64,000 nt of DNA from Squalus acanthias (taxonomy: Eukaryota): contig CM059452.1 in assembly GCA_030390025.1 (NCBI GenBank), positions 8,928,001 through 8,992,000 of the forward strand, given 5' to 3'. The position numbers and the translations under genes were made by a program. Numbering within the stretch: the stretch's first letter is position 1; the number at the start of each line of letters is the position of its first letter. The notes beneath the pieces were generated by a model that worked only from the letters and a program-made list of their open reading frames with translations, did not search any database and had not been told where the DNA came from. This document shows, one piece after another, positions 36,735-48,018 of this stretch.

Positions 36735-37985
36735 GGAATGGAATAGAATCCTTACAGGAAGTGGGGTGGGAGGAAGTGCAGTCCATGTAGCTGTGGGAGT
36801 CAGTAGGCTTATAGTATATTGTTCCATTCTCCCAGTATCTCTATCTCCGCCGCATCTGCTCTGACGATGCCACCTTCCATACAAGTGCTTCCTTTTTCCT
36901 CAACCGAGGATTCCCGTCTACTGTGGTTGACATTTCCTGCACTTCTGCTCTCACCCATTCCCCTCCCTCCCAGAACCACAATAGAGTTCCCCTTGTCCTC
37001 ACCTTTCACCCCACCAGCCTTTACATTCAATGGGTCATCCTCTGTCATTTCCACCACCTCCCGTGGGATCCCACCACCAAACGCATCTTCCCCTCCCCTC
37101 CCCTTTCAGCATTCCGAAGGGACCGCACCCTCCGCGACATCCTGGCCCACTCCTCAATCACCCCAACACCCCTTCCGCTCCCCACGGCACATTCCCGTGC
37201 ACGTGCAGGAGATGCAACACCTGCCCGTTTACCTCCTCCCTTCTCACTTTTCAGGGCCCCAAACACTCCTTCCAGGTGAAACAGCGATTTACTTGCACTT
37301 CTTGCAATTTAATATATTGTATTCGCTGCTCACGATGCGTCTCCTCTACAACGGGGAGACCAAACGCAGATTGGGTGACCGCTTTGCGGAACACCTGCGT
37401 TCAGTCCGTAAAGGTGACCCCGAGCTTCCAGTCGCCTGTCACTTTAAATCTCCGCTCCACTCCCACTCTGATCTCTCTGTCCTCGGCCTCTCACACTGTT
37501 CCAACGAAGCTCAACGTAAGCTCGAGGAACAGCACCTCATCTTTCGATTAGGCACTTTACAGCCTTCTGGACTCAACATCGAGTTCAACAATTTCAGATT
37601 ATAGCCTCGGCCCCTTTTTAAAAAATATTTTCCCTCACATGGCAGCTGTTGATGATTTCACCTCATCTAGAATCATCTTTTCTTTCTTAACTTGTCCAAT
37701 TACCATCTCCTTTTGCCTTGCACGATCATCCCTTTTGTCTTTTAATCTCTCCTGCCTTCCATCCTATCATAGACCTTCCCTTTTGTTCTTTCCTCCCCTC
37801 CTCCCTTTCCCTGCCCCTACACTTGCTTAAAAATCTGTTACATCTCTAACTTTTTTCCAGTTCTGATGACGGGTCATCGACCTGAAACGTTAACTCTGTT
37901 TCTCTCTCCACAGATGCTGCCTGACATGCTGAGTATTTCCAGCATTTTCTGCTTTTATTTCTGATTTCCGCAGTATTTTGCTTTT
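36735..37985 (+). mobile_element. Penelope-like retroelement, 5'-truncated with a 5' inversion, GIY-YIG domain and 3' repeat
   Basis: CRRCNTC...FTCTSCNLIYCIRCSRC...YNGETKRRLGDRFAEHL...PVACHF...RKLEEQHLIFRLGTLQPSGLNIEF*. Confidence 0.9.
37859..37895 (+). ncRNA. Minimal type I hammerhead ribozyme motif in the Penelope 3' repeat
   Basis: AGTT-CTGATGA-C-GGGTC-ATC-GACCT-GAAA-CG-TT-AACT: intact core, stem II, palindromic AACGTT, stem I. Confidence 0.78.
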
Positions 37986-38486
37986 GTGTTTGTGTGAGAA
38001 ATTGTATGTTTACTCATTAACCTGTCTGCAGTTTCTGTTTTTGGGAAACTGGGTTGGAGCGGATTTGAATGGATATCCCTAAAAGAAACAAAGACTTTAC
38101 ATCGTTAAACTAAAGACTGGAAAAAAGGAAATTCATACGATTATGGGTAAAACGTGGAGACGGGGGACGAGAAGAGACAGGGAGGCACGGAAAGGGCATT
38201 GGAAGAAAGAAGTTCGTTAAGGCGGCACAGATGCAGTTGCAATGTATATTTTTTATCATGAATGCGAGGTGAAATCACCAACTAATATAATTGCGCCAGG
38301 GGACCTCTCCTCTTGTTGCTGAGCATTGTGACTTGTCGCTGATTTAAGAATCTCCCTGTGACTCTCACTGTGGAGGCGGAATTATCGCTGCTGGTTATCG
38401 GTGTGAGAGCGCCCTCTGGTGAGCACTAACTGGAACTCTCAGTGTGGGTTTTTGTACGGGATCCGCTATATCTCTGCAACAGTGTG

Positions 38487-38980
38487 GGGCTCATGGCACA
38501 GAAATACACGGCGGTGTCGGAAATCAGGGCGTTGCTGATCGTTAGCTCGGTAATCTTGGTAGTTTTATTAAACGTAGAAGAGAATTGGTCAGTGAAGTTT
38601 CAGTTTACTCTCCCTGCAATAATATAAACCAAGTACTGTGGAGGCTGCCCGGGGTGCTGACTGTACCAGAACACATAAGAGTTAGTGTAGCTTGTTTTCA
38701 AAGTGCAGGTTTGTGTGACATTACTTTCCTCTTCAACCATCATTTCAGGGACCGGCTGTTCCACTGTTTCTTGGTGGCTCCATTCTAACATAAAATAATA
38801 GTCATAGTCACCATCATCATCATCATCTCAATCAACATAATCATCATCATCACCATCATCATTTCACCAATAATAACACCTGGGTTACAGCAGTCAGGGG
38901 GAGAATGGATTTTTACTGGGAAGTAAATACTTACTGAGAAGTGATATAATGATCAGGAGTTGTGTGAGACGGTTCCGCAT
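38487..38980 (-). pseudogene. TRAV/DV: TCR alpha/delta V pseudogene (CAM subfamily, copy 1)
   Basis: Leader 38980-38935 (MRNRLTQLLIIISLL), V exon 38784-38487 ending YFCAMSP; in-frame TGA at 38602-38600; RSS CACACTG-24-ACAAAAACC (38486-38447). Confidence 0.9.
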
Positions 38981-39721
38981 AATGCTCCCTGAGTCTGTAA
39001 CTCTGCTGTCCGGGAAATCCTCTGTCGGAGCAGAAATACAGATCCCCGCCCACTGCACTGCTGAACCAACCAATGCCAAACAGGGAACTGCGGCAGCAAT
39101 CTCTCCAATAACACAGGGCAGGCGAGGCGGGTCAGAGCGAGAGCAGCAAACGGAAGCTGTGGGCGGGGCTGGCGCGGGCAGTGTTGTCACACGAAGGATC
39201 CACCTGTGAGGAACTGAATTCAATAATAATGGCCCCTTCGGAAATTATGTAACTCTGCCTCTGTAGAAGGGCTGCGTTACTTTCACATTCGTCACAAATT
39301 CGGGCAAGCAGGCTCGCGATAGGAATTGCAGAATTATTATATTATTCAATAGTTAACAAAATATTCGGCAGCGATGTGCGTTAAAACCAGGGGCTGAAAC
39401 TAGCGGAGAGAAGTAGAACAAAATGGCAACTGAACCAAATGTTCTGGAGAAGCACATCTCGTTTCCACTCAACTAACTTCTGAAATTATGAAACTGTAAA
39501 TGAATGTAAAACATTAATAAGCATAAATGTGAGCTCAAAAGCAATTTCACGTTAATTTATAATAGAAAAAGTCAGTCAGTATTGGTTGATGTACGGTGAC
39601 CGACTGTGGGAGTCCGCGCTCTGTCAGCGCCACCTGGTGGCCGAGTTTAAAGTATCTTCTTTGAGCTGATCTCACAGATCACGGTTACTGTACGAGGTGT
39701 CCAGAGACCCTTCTCACTGTG

Positions 39722-40658
39722 GGCCTCAGTGCACAGTAGTACACGGCGCTGTCAGAAAGCTGCAGCTCAGTCAAGTTGCAAACACTGGTAGTTTTAGACT
39801 TTTCCAGAATGACAGAGAAAAGACCGTTATCTTCGTCCTTTCCAAAGGAATGTGCCTGAATTACGAAAGTGGGAACCTTGTTCTGGCTCTGACGGTAAAT
39901 CTGCAGGGAATAAATCGAATCTGACGTTGAATAGTTACAATTAATGCTCATCGAGGTTCCTTCCAGATATTGGGCTTCTGTTGGCCACTGATCGACGGAG
40001 TCTCCAGAACTCAGTCCTGCAGAAAACATTCCTGGTTACCAATGGAAACAGAGTGAAGAGTAGATCACACGTTTCTCTGTCTTCAAGAATATATCTGTCC
40101 ATCTCTCTGTGTGTACACAGGGAGACAAAGAGACAGGAAGAGATAGTATCGCTTTAATGGTTAGATAAAGATAGATGGACAGGTTGATAAACAAACAGAC
40201 AGACAGAAAGGCAGAAAGATAGGCAGAGGGAAAGACATAGATACAGAGGAACCAACAGAAAAACAGTCAGATAGACAGATAGACAGACAGTCAGAGAGAC
40301 AGACAGAGAAAGACAGACAGAGAGTGAGACAGACAGGCAGACAGACAGAAAATTAGACAGACAGGTGGATAGACATAGAGATCGATGAATAGAAGAGAGG
40401 GAGGGAGACCGAGAGAGAGAGAGACAAAGAGAGACAGAGAGACAGAACGAGAGAGAGAAACAAAGAGAGAGGAGAGAGAGAAAGGGAGAGGGGGACTGAG
40501 AGACAGAGAGAGAGAGAACTAGGCAGACCTAGGGGTCGCTGACTAGCAGACAGTGGTGTCAATAGTGGAATGGACAAACAGACGCAGCTGTGTAAATAAA
40601 TAATCTAACCAAATAACAACGTTGTTAGGCCCCAAACAAACAAAAACCCAAACTCCAT
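39722..40658 (-). CDS. TRAV/DV: TCR alpha/delta V segment lacking conserved Trp (copy 1)
   Basis: Leader 40658-40610 (MEFGFLFVWGLTTLLF), V exon 40016-39722 GDSVDQ...INCNY...LQIYRQ...DSAVYYCALRP; RSS CACAGTG-23-ACAGTAACC (39721-39683). Confidence 0.88.
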
Positions 40659-41882
40659 AATGTCCGCAGTCTCCCCACACTGGGAGCCCTCACTTCACCC
40701 GGTGCCTCCTCTTAGTTGCAGCTCTCGGAATGAAGGGGAGAATTTGAAATGTTCCGTCAGCACACGGAGTCCCGTCATTTTCTGAATCAAACCAAGAGCC
40801 TGGTTTCAATGAGCTGCCACTGATCATTGTCGCTGTCTGTGTTCATCATCACTGCCTGCGGCCCCGGCACACAGGGTCCCGGACATCTGATCATCCGGTC
40901 CCGGGAATGAGTAAAGATTCTGTCTGACCGTTACTGGCCTCACACACAATATCCTGGACACATCCCAGAACTGCTCGGAAAGGCGGAAAAAACCTTCGGA
41001 CTGAAGATTATTCTTCAAAAAAAAATCTCATTTTAACCGCGTTTTCAAACCGACGCTCAATCGATTTTACGGTTTGCTTGTTGATAGAACATGTTCCATT
41101 TGATAGAAATGAAAATCAGACACGATGTTGTGGCAATGTCACAACCTCGGACTTTAAACTCGAGCCTTTTTGTCTGTGTGTTTTTCTGTCTGTATTTTTG
41201 AGTGTGAATGTATGTGTCTGTATGTGTGGTTATGTGCTTGTGTCTGTGTGTGTTTATCTGTCTGTCTCTGTTTATTTGTGCATGTTTGTCTGTGTGTCGG
41301 TATGTGTGATTCTCTGTGTTTGTGTTTGCAGTGCTCGAAGTGAGGCTCGTACAGGACACAGGAGGGCGCATTCTGATCATTTGTTAAAGATCTTTCATCT
41401 TAAGCAACACAGCTGAATATACATAACTATCCTCCACAACATATCAACTAGTTGTGTGCATCTCGGTTTATGTCGTGTGTGTATGTGTGTGTGTGTGAAG
41501 GGGTGTCTGTGTCTATATATATATGGTGTCTGTGCGTGTGTGAGTGTGTATATGAAGGGTGTGTGTGTGTTTATGTGTGTGTGTGTCTATACGTGTATGG
41601 CTGTCTGTGCATGCGTGTATGTGTATATGGATATCTATTTGTCCTTGTTGCGAATGCGCTATACCATGCTTGTACTACCCACAGGAGGGCGCTCTCTGAT
41701 CACTTTATAAAGATGATGATCCCAACAGGAAGGAAGTGGCTGTTTAGAGCTATGCAAAAGGGGCGGGGAGCAGAAATCCAAACCGATCTGATGAGATCCC
41801 TGCGCTGTTTCAGTTCATCCCATTCCAGGCCCGGTATAGGCAATGATCACAGTCTCTTGTTTCTGGAGTTCAGACTGAAACC

Positions 41883-42354
41883 ATGAAGGTGAAACTCTGC
41901 CTGATTCTGGTTATTGTCCTGATCACAGGTCGGTGATATTGGAACCATCCTATAACATTCTCAAATCCCCATCTACATCTCTGGGTTATTGTTCTCTTTC
42001 TGTTACTCCGTCTAACCCGGTGTGTGTCCACTGTTTATTTTCAGAGATGAGTAATGGAGACTCGGTGTCCCAGTCAGAACAAGGAGTCCGATCAGAAGAG
42101 GGTGCAGATTCAACAATAACCTGCAGTTATTCTGTATCGGCTTCAGCTACAAACTATGGCCTGTTCTGGTATCGGCAGTTTTCCCACCAAGCCCCTCAGT
42201 ATCTGCTCAGAACCGACAGTTATGGGAATAACGAGACGGCTCCGGGCTTTGAACACTTCAGTGGGAATGTCAACCGGACACAAGGCACTTTTCACTTATC
42301 CATGAAAGGCTTGAAGATCGCAGACAGCGCCGTGTATTACTGTGCCCTGAGACC
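41883..42354 (+). CDS. TRAV/DV: TCR alpha/delta V segment, intact
   Basis: Leader 41883-41928 (MKVKLCLILVIVLIT), V exon 42045-42354 GDSVSQ...TCSY...FWYRQ...DSAVYYCALRP; RSS CACAGTG-23-ACAAAAACA (42355-42393). Confidence 0.94.
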
Positions 42355-43519
42355 CACAGTGAATAAGGGACCCTCTATCCTCATACAAAAACATGACACA
42401 GGTCGGCAACAAGGGTGGGCTCCGGGAAAATACCAGGGATTGAATCCCAGAGAGTTTGTCGAGGAAATAAATGTGAAAATACAGCCTGATCCGAGCGGTT
42501 TTCTCTCATTAAATTCATTGCTGTCAGTGTTGGGATAAATGACGTCTCGCTATCATTTTAATGCAGCGTCAAATTGAGACATTTCCAGCTCCCTGTTAGC
42601 TCAGACATGCAGATCTCTGGGATGAATAACAGGATCAATCTGTACAAGTAAATGTCCTGGATATGGTGCATATCTGCCAAGTGACATCTTTCAAAAGCGA
42701 TCTAATCTCAGAGTCGGCCTCGGGGGCGTCACACTTCCAAATTTCTGGGATTCCAGTGGTAAAACATAGTGACTGACTCAAATCAGCACTTTCCTGGAAC
42801 AAGTTGAGCTTCAGTGGTATCACATCCCGGTGGGACTACTTAACATGCCCGAGTGGCTTTAGGACTGTAACTATTAATGATGTTAACTCTGAATATTACT
42901 TTCAATGAAACTGTGGAAGTAGAACCAGGGGAAGCAAGTTCAAACTATGAATAGTCAGCTGAGGACTGAAATCAGGAAATTCTTCAGACACATTATGATG
43001 TACCTCTTGGTGTTCGCACCGTCCCATTCTGCTCAAACCTGCCAGTCACTCTCCAATTTATTCATGTTAAATGTAGCATTCGTCTAATTTACCGCATCGT
43101 TGTGTTCAAATCCTTCATGGCCCGCTTGTCGTCTATATCCCCCCTTTATATCGGCTGTGGTTAGTTCTAATGGTCAGTGAGCAGCTTCTTTAATCGGAAG
43201 CTCCGACACTGCTGCCAGAACAACATTAACTGTTTCCCTTCACTGCTCTCACTTTACAGATTTAATCCCCTCCCTGTGAGAAAAAACTTTTCACCCCGTT
43301 CTTTGCTCCCCGCTCTGACGCCATGAATTGGAGCTGATTGGTTGAATTGGGAACAAAGGGACTGTGAGCTGATTGGTTGACTTGGAGAACAAAGGACTCT
43401 CTCACGAATGAACCAATCGGCAGAGAGGCCGGATATTACTCAAATTATTCTCAACACTTGATTAAAAAAATTCAGGTTCAACCCGTTCTGTTCAAATCCG
43501 CCATCAACTCTCTGCAAAC

Positions 43520-44159
43520 ATGTTGGGTGTTACATTTCATTTATTCGTCACAGCTGCAGCTCTCTTAACTGGTAAGTTCACAAGTTACACAACATTGTGT
43601 TTCACATCTGCATCATACATTATATTTAATCGGTCAGTTCCCGGAACACAAGAATATCAATAGATTGATCCAAAGTGAAGAAAACCATCCGGATCCACCT
43701 TGACTCAACACTGAGCACTGTTTGGGGAAACTGGACAATCTCCCCCAGTGAATGAAAGCGGAAGAGTTGTGGTTATATTACAGGCGAACGGCAGACAGAT
43801 AGACACAGTGAAGTGACATTGTTTAATTTAATATTACTCTGGGCTCTTGCAGGACATTGTCGAGGAGACTCCGTTTCACAGACACCGGCTACAACCACAG
43901 TCAGTGAAGGAGACGATGTTCAGTTGCACTGTAATTATACAGCTACAAGCATCAGCGATCCCAACCTATTCTGGTACCGTCAGTATCCCAGCGGATCCAT
44001 AGAGTATCTGCTGAAGAGAAGCAAATATGGCGAGCAACAAGAGACACGTCCAGGAGTCCGTTTTTCAGCGAAGCTCAATGATTCGAGCCGAACCGTCCCG
44101 CTGAAAGTGTCTGAAACACAACTGACAGACTCCGCGGTGTATTACTGCGCACTGAGCCC
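43520..44159 (+). CDS. TRAV/DV: TCR alpha/delta V segment, intact
   Basis: Leader 43520-43571 (MLGVTFHLFVTAAALLT, GTAAGT donor), V exon 43853-44159 GDSVSQ...LHCNY...FWYRQ...DSAVYYCALSP; RSS CACAGAG-23-ACAAAAACT (44160-44198). Confidence 0.93.
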
Positions 44160-44329
44160 CACAGAGACACGGAGCTGGGCTGGACCTGTACAAAAACTGT
44201 CAGAGCGTCGCTCAACATATCAGCGCGTCAGCGGAACATTGTGATCAGGGGCGAGTCTCAGCTGGTCCCTGTATTTGTGATTAGACATTGTGCCGTTAAT
44301 TCTACTATATAGGTATCTTTATTCCTGCA

Positions 44330-44565
44330 ATTTGTCTCCTTTGAAGTATTTATCCAATTCCCCTTTGAAAGTCATAATTGAATTTGCTTCCACCGCCCTT
44401 TCAGGCAGTGAATTCCAGATCACAACAACTCACTGAGTAAAAAAACAAAACTCCTCATCTCCTCTCTGGATCTTTTGCCAAGTATCTTCAATGTGTTTGT
44501 CCTCTGGGTACCGACCCTCCTGCCAGTGGAAACAGTTTCTCCTTATTTACTTCATCAAAACTCTT
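44330..44565 (-). mobile_element. Short CR1 3' fragment
   Basis: GCAGTGAATTCCAGATCACAACAACTCACTGAGTAAAAAA and GGAAACAGTTTCTCCTT motifs shared with other CR1 3' ends in this window. Confidence 0.65.
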
Positions 44566-44719
44566 CATATAATTCTGTTTGGATACAGTCACTCTGGGAA
44601 TTCCTATTCCGAAATGCTATCCCGCTTTTGTTGTGTGAACGACAATCTCACCGCATTTTGGGATTTATTACTCACAGTTATTGGAACTTTATCTGAACGT
44701 TTCCCTCTCTGTCCTTCAG

Positions 44720-45026
44720 ACAGCGTCAGTGGATGGATCGCTCATTGGCCAATGGATGAAGTGACCGCTCAGGAGGGCGAGATCGCGACAATAACCTGCT
44801 CCTATACAGAGGTGACCAGGGTTTGCCTGTCCTGGTACCGGGAGGGTCGGTCCGTGGGCCCGGAGAATATCCTCATCCGCTGCACCGACCGGTTCAGTGA
44901 CGATGCGAACTTTGCAAGACGGCGCTTCACCTCATCTTTGGCCAAAACTTACAGAGCCGTCAGTTTAAGGGTTTCACAGCTGACAGCTGCGGATTCCAGG
45001 AAATACTTCTGGGTCATAACACCGCA
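44720..45026 (+). pseudogene. Divergent TCR V pseudogene or ORF (second canonical Cys replaced by Trp)
   Basis: CAG acceptor; ...EGEIATITCSY...LSWYRE...RFTSSL...ADSRKYFW; degenerate RSS around 45025-45063; no clear spliceable leader. Confidence 0.75.
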
Positions 45027-45364
45027 CACGGTGCTGTATTTAGAGCAAGAGCCGACAATAAACTACAGGTGCTCCGGCGCGGTAGACTGTGACAGTGAAC
45101 TCTCTGGTTTATTGTATCTCATGGTCCAATGTCACTGTGTAGTCTGAAGGAGAAGGACAACAATTCTTCCATTCAAAATGTTTCCTCACGTGTCACAAAC
45201 AGACAGACAGACAGACCGCTGTGTGAACGGATGATGTTGTTATTGTTGACCACAGATTGAAAATATCTGGAAAGTCCCTGGATTCTCAAATCCCTTTGAC
45301 CCTCCACAGGAATCTGAGCCAACAACACTTTCTCCAGAACATTCCACATTCTCGCTTCCCTTAG

Positions 45365-45815
45365 AAAGAAAGACTTGCATTTCTATAGCGCCTTTCACAA
45401 CCAGCGGATTCCCAAAGCGCTTTACAGCCAATGAAGTACTTTTTGAAGTGTCGTCACTGTTGTAATGTAGGAAACGCGGCAGCCAATTTTCGGACATCAA
45501 GCTCCCACAAAGAAGCAACATGATAATGACCACATAATCTGTTTTACTAATGTTGCTTGAGGGATACATATTGACCAAGATAACTCCTCTGCTCTTTTTC
45601 GAAATATTGGGATTCATTACGTCCTCCTGAGTGGTCAGACAGGGCCTCGGTTTAACATCTCATCCGAAAGACGACACCTCCGACAGTGCAGCACTCCCTC
45701 AGTACTGACATCGGGAGGGTGCGCCTAGATTTTGTGCTCAGGTCTCTGGAGTGTGACTTGAACCCACAATGTTCTGACTCAGAGGCGAGAGTGCTACCAA
45801 CTGAGCCAAGGCTGA
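45365..45815 (-). mobile_element. DeuSINE/SacSINE1-like tRNA-derived SINE
   Basis: Minus-strand head GGCTCAGTTGGTAGCAC...GGGTTCAAGTC (Pol III A/B boxes), central GCACTGTCGGAGGTG, tail shared with 11225-11505. Confidence 0.8.
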
Positions 45816-47463
45816 CCCCCTCGTACTTGTAGATTAGACCTTGTTCTGTTCATTATAATGCATATGTACCTTTATAAATAATAAATGTATAATATTTATA
45901 TACAAATGTAGCTGGATGAGCGAAATGCCTTTATTGAGGTAACCAGGCTGATGACTGACAGACAGATGGACAGCGGCCTCTCTGGGCCTCGCTCACTTGT
46001 TCTCCCTCAGCAGGGGGGTGGGGCAGCTTGTATCAGGGTTTCCCCAGTGCAGACACAGAACAATGATCACGGGCATCCGGCACCAGTTGAACTGAAGGAA
46101 ATGAAAGTCAGTTGTTATGAATGCGGATTGCGGGTTGTTGTTGTTTGTTGTGCGGATCAGAAAGGGTCAAATCTCCCAGCGGAAACTGTGAATTTCCAAG
46201 CTCCACTTCATCTAATTAATGTTTTTGTCCCTAAGTGTTGATGTACAAGGCTCGACATTCGCCATCAGCATCACCGCAACAGACCTCCCCATAAATGGAC
46301 ACTGGGAACTGCCCGATACACACACTTATTGTCTGTTTTCACCCAATATCCGAACAATGTAAAAGGTCTCGTCGTATCCGCCAGAGGGCGCCGTGGTCGC
46401 AAGGTTCTCGCTGCTCCCTCGGGACTCGAACCATTGTTCTTCCTGATTTGTGTAAACGCATCATAATTTCAAAGCCTATTGCGTTTGTGGTCGTGCGATT
46501 CAGCAAAGTTTCCCCCCTCTCTTTTAATTGTCAGCTATTCATCGTCACAATCTCTACCACGCTTATGAAGTATTTCCTTATACTGCAAATCTTAAAGCGA
46601 CTGCGAGTGACATCTTTGGTAGCTGCCGTTTGAAAAAAACCCTTACATATTAAAATCTGGAATGAATGACACACTCAGAGAGACGGGACTGTAACCCGGG
46701 TGAAGAGTTTCTCCCGTGTCAATAACCACCATTTCCCTTCCCATGTGATTAATTTCAGCACAGTGGAATGGCGCCTCCTGTGAGTTTCAGGCAGACATTA
46801 ATCTAACAGGTTCAGCAGATATTTGGGGAAGGGGCTCATATTCCCCTCCGAGCAATTACCAACACAGTCGGGTGATGGCGGTCAGATATTATCTCGAAGT
46901 GACAATATATCGGTTTGAAAGTAGATGAAGCTGTTGTTTATTTCAATCACTGCCACTAATCAGACTGAGGTGGTTGACGGGGAGTCGGGTTTGATTAAGC
47001 TGCTGGGGACCCATAGTGGGAAGATTTCCTCTGGTCTCTCTCTGGAAATCTCATCCACAAGTTGTTTTAACGAAATCGCAAGCTTTTTATTTTAGAATGT
47101 GTTCACTATTTCGTTAGAAATAGCGACCAGAGTAAATCTCCGCACAGAGCGGATAGTTCAGTGTAAACAAAATTGTTACAGGAGAAGGAAGTTAATGCTC
47201 TCGGTGAGCCGTCACACACCGATATGAAATAAACAAACACTCAGTGTGACGAAATCGGGCCCATTAAATACACCCCCAAACCTCAGCAAAGCTGAAACTT
47301 TCTTCACACCATAGGCAGCGCTCACTGAGTGACTGGCTCCACCTTCTGATACTTTATACTGTGATTCAAAGGGTTTCAACTGAGCCATGAGCCTCACTTG
47401 AATCTCATTTCAATATATGACGCGTGTATTGGAGAAGATGTCATTGGAGGGGGACAATGAGAG

Positions 47464-47485
47464 CAGGAAGTGACGTTGGACCAAT
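47464..47485 (+). promoter_or_regulatory. ETS/CRE-half-site plus CCAAT element of a V promoter
   Basis: CAGGAAGTGACGT then CCAAT, about 100 bp upstream of the ATG at 47564; GGAAGTGAC also occurs upstream of the V genes at 52806 (twice) and 54541. Confidence 0.55.
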
Positions 47486-47563
47486 AGGAGCATCTGACGA
47501 GGTCGATTCCGGTCCGGAATTGGGCTTTTAAAGAGACCGACAGGTTTGGGCTCGGCAGCGGCC

Positions 47564-48018
47564 ATGCGGATATTCAGCGCCTGGGTTGTGTTTGGGGTGT
47601 TTATTGTCGGTAAGGATCAATCCAATTATGTCGTGTTCAAACTAATGTGTTAATATTATTTCAGGTTTTAATACTCGGTCTTATCTTGTTCCTGAACACA
47701 TGTTACAGATCAGAGTGATGGAGATTCTGTTACTCAGTCCCAGTCATCAGTCAGCAGCAGAGAAGGTGAAGCGATGACTATAAGGTGCACCTATAGTACC
47801 ACAGACAACTACTATTATTTATATTGGTACCAGGAACAACCAGAGAAGGAGCCCCAGTTTGTATTAAGGAGATGGTCTTCGGACACACAGGTTCGGAGAG
47901 GAGAGGGTTTCGGAATCCGTTTCTCTGCTGAGCTGCAGACCTCGACTAAATTCACCAGTTTAACCAGCTCCGGGCTGCAGCTGACTGACGCTGTCGTGTA
48001 TTACTGAGCCCTGAGACT
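47564..48018 (+). pseudogene. TRAV/DV: TCR alpha/delta V pseudogene
   Basis: Leader 47564-47609 (MRIFSAWVVFGVFIV), V exon 47709-48018; second Cys codon is TGA (48005-48007, YY*ALR); heptamer CACAGTG at 48019, nonamer mutated to an A-run. Confidence 0.92.

Larger units (their letters stand above)
38371..41027 (-). repeat. Segmental duplication, inverted copy of 59170-61584 (two-V cassette)
   Basis: Continuous reverse-complement similarity through both V genes, the intergenic region and the upstream flank. Confidence 0.92.

Noticed and set aside
43813-43852. Apparent intronless leader MTLFNLILLWALA
   Set aside because: It starts at GTG within the intron's 3' end; a proper ATG leader exon with a GTAAGT donor lies at 43520-43571.
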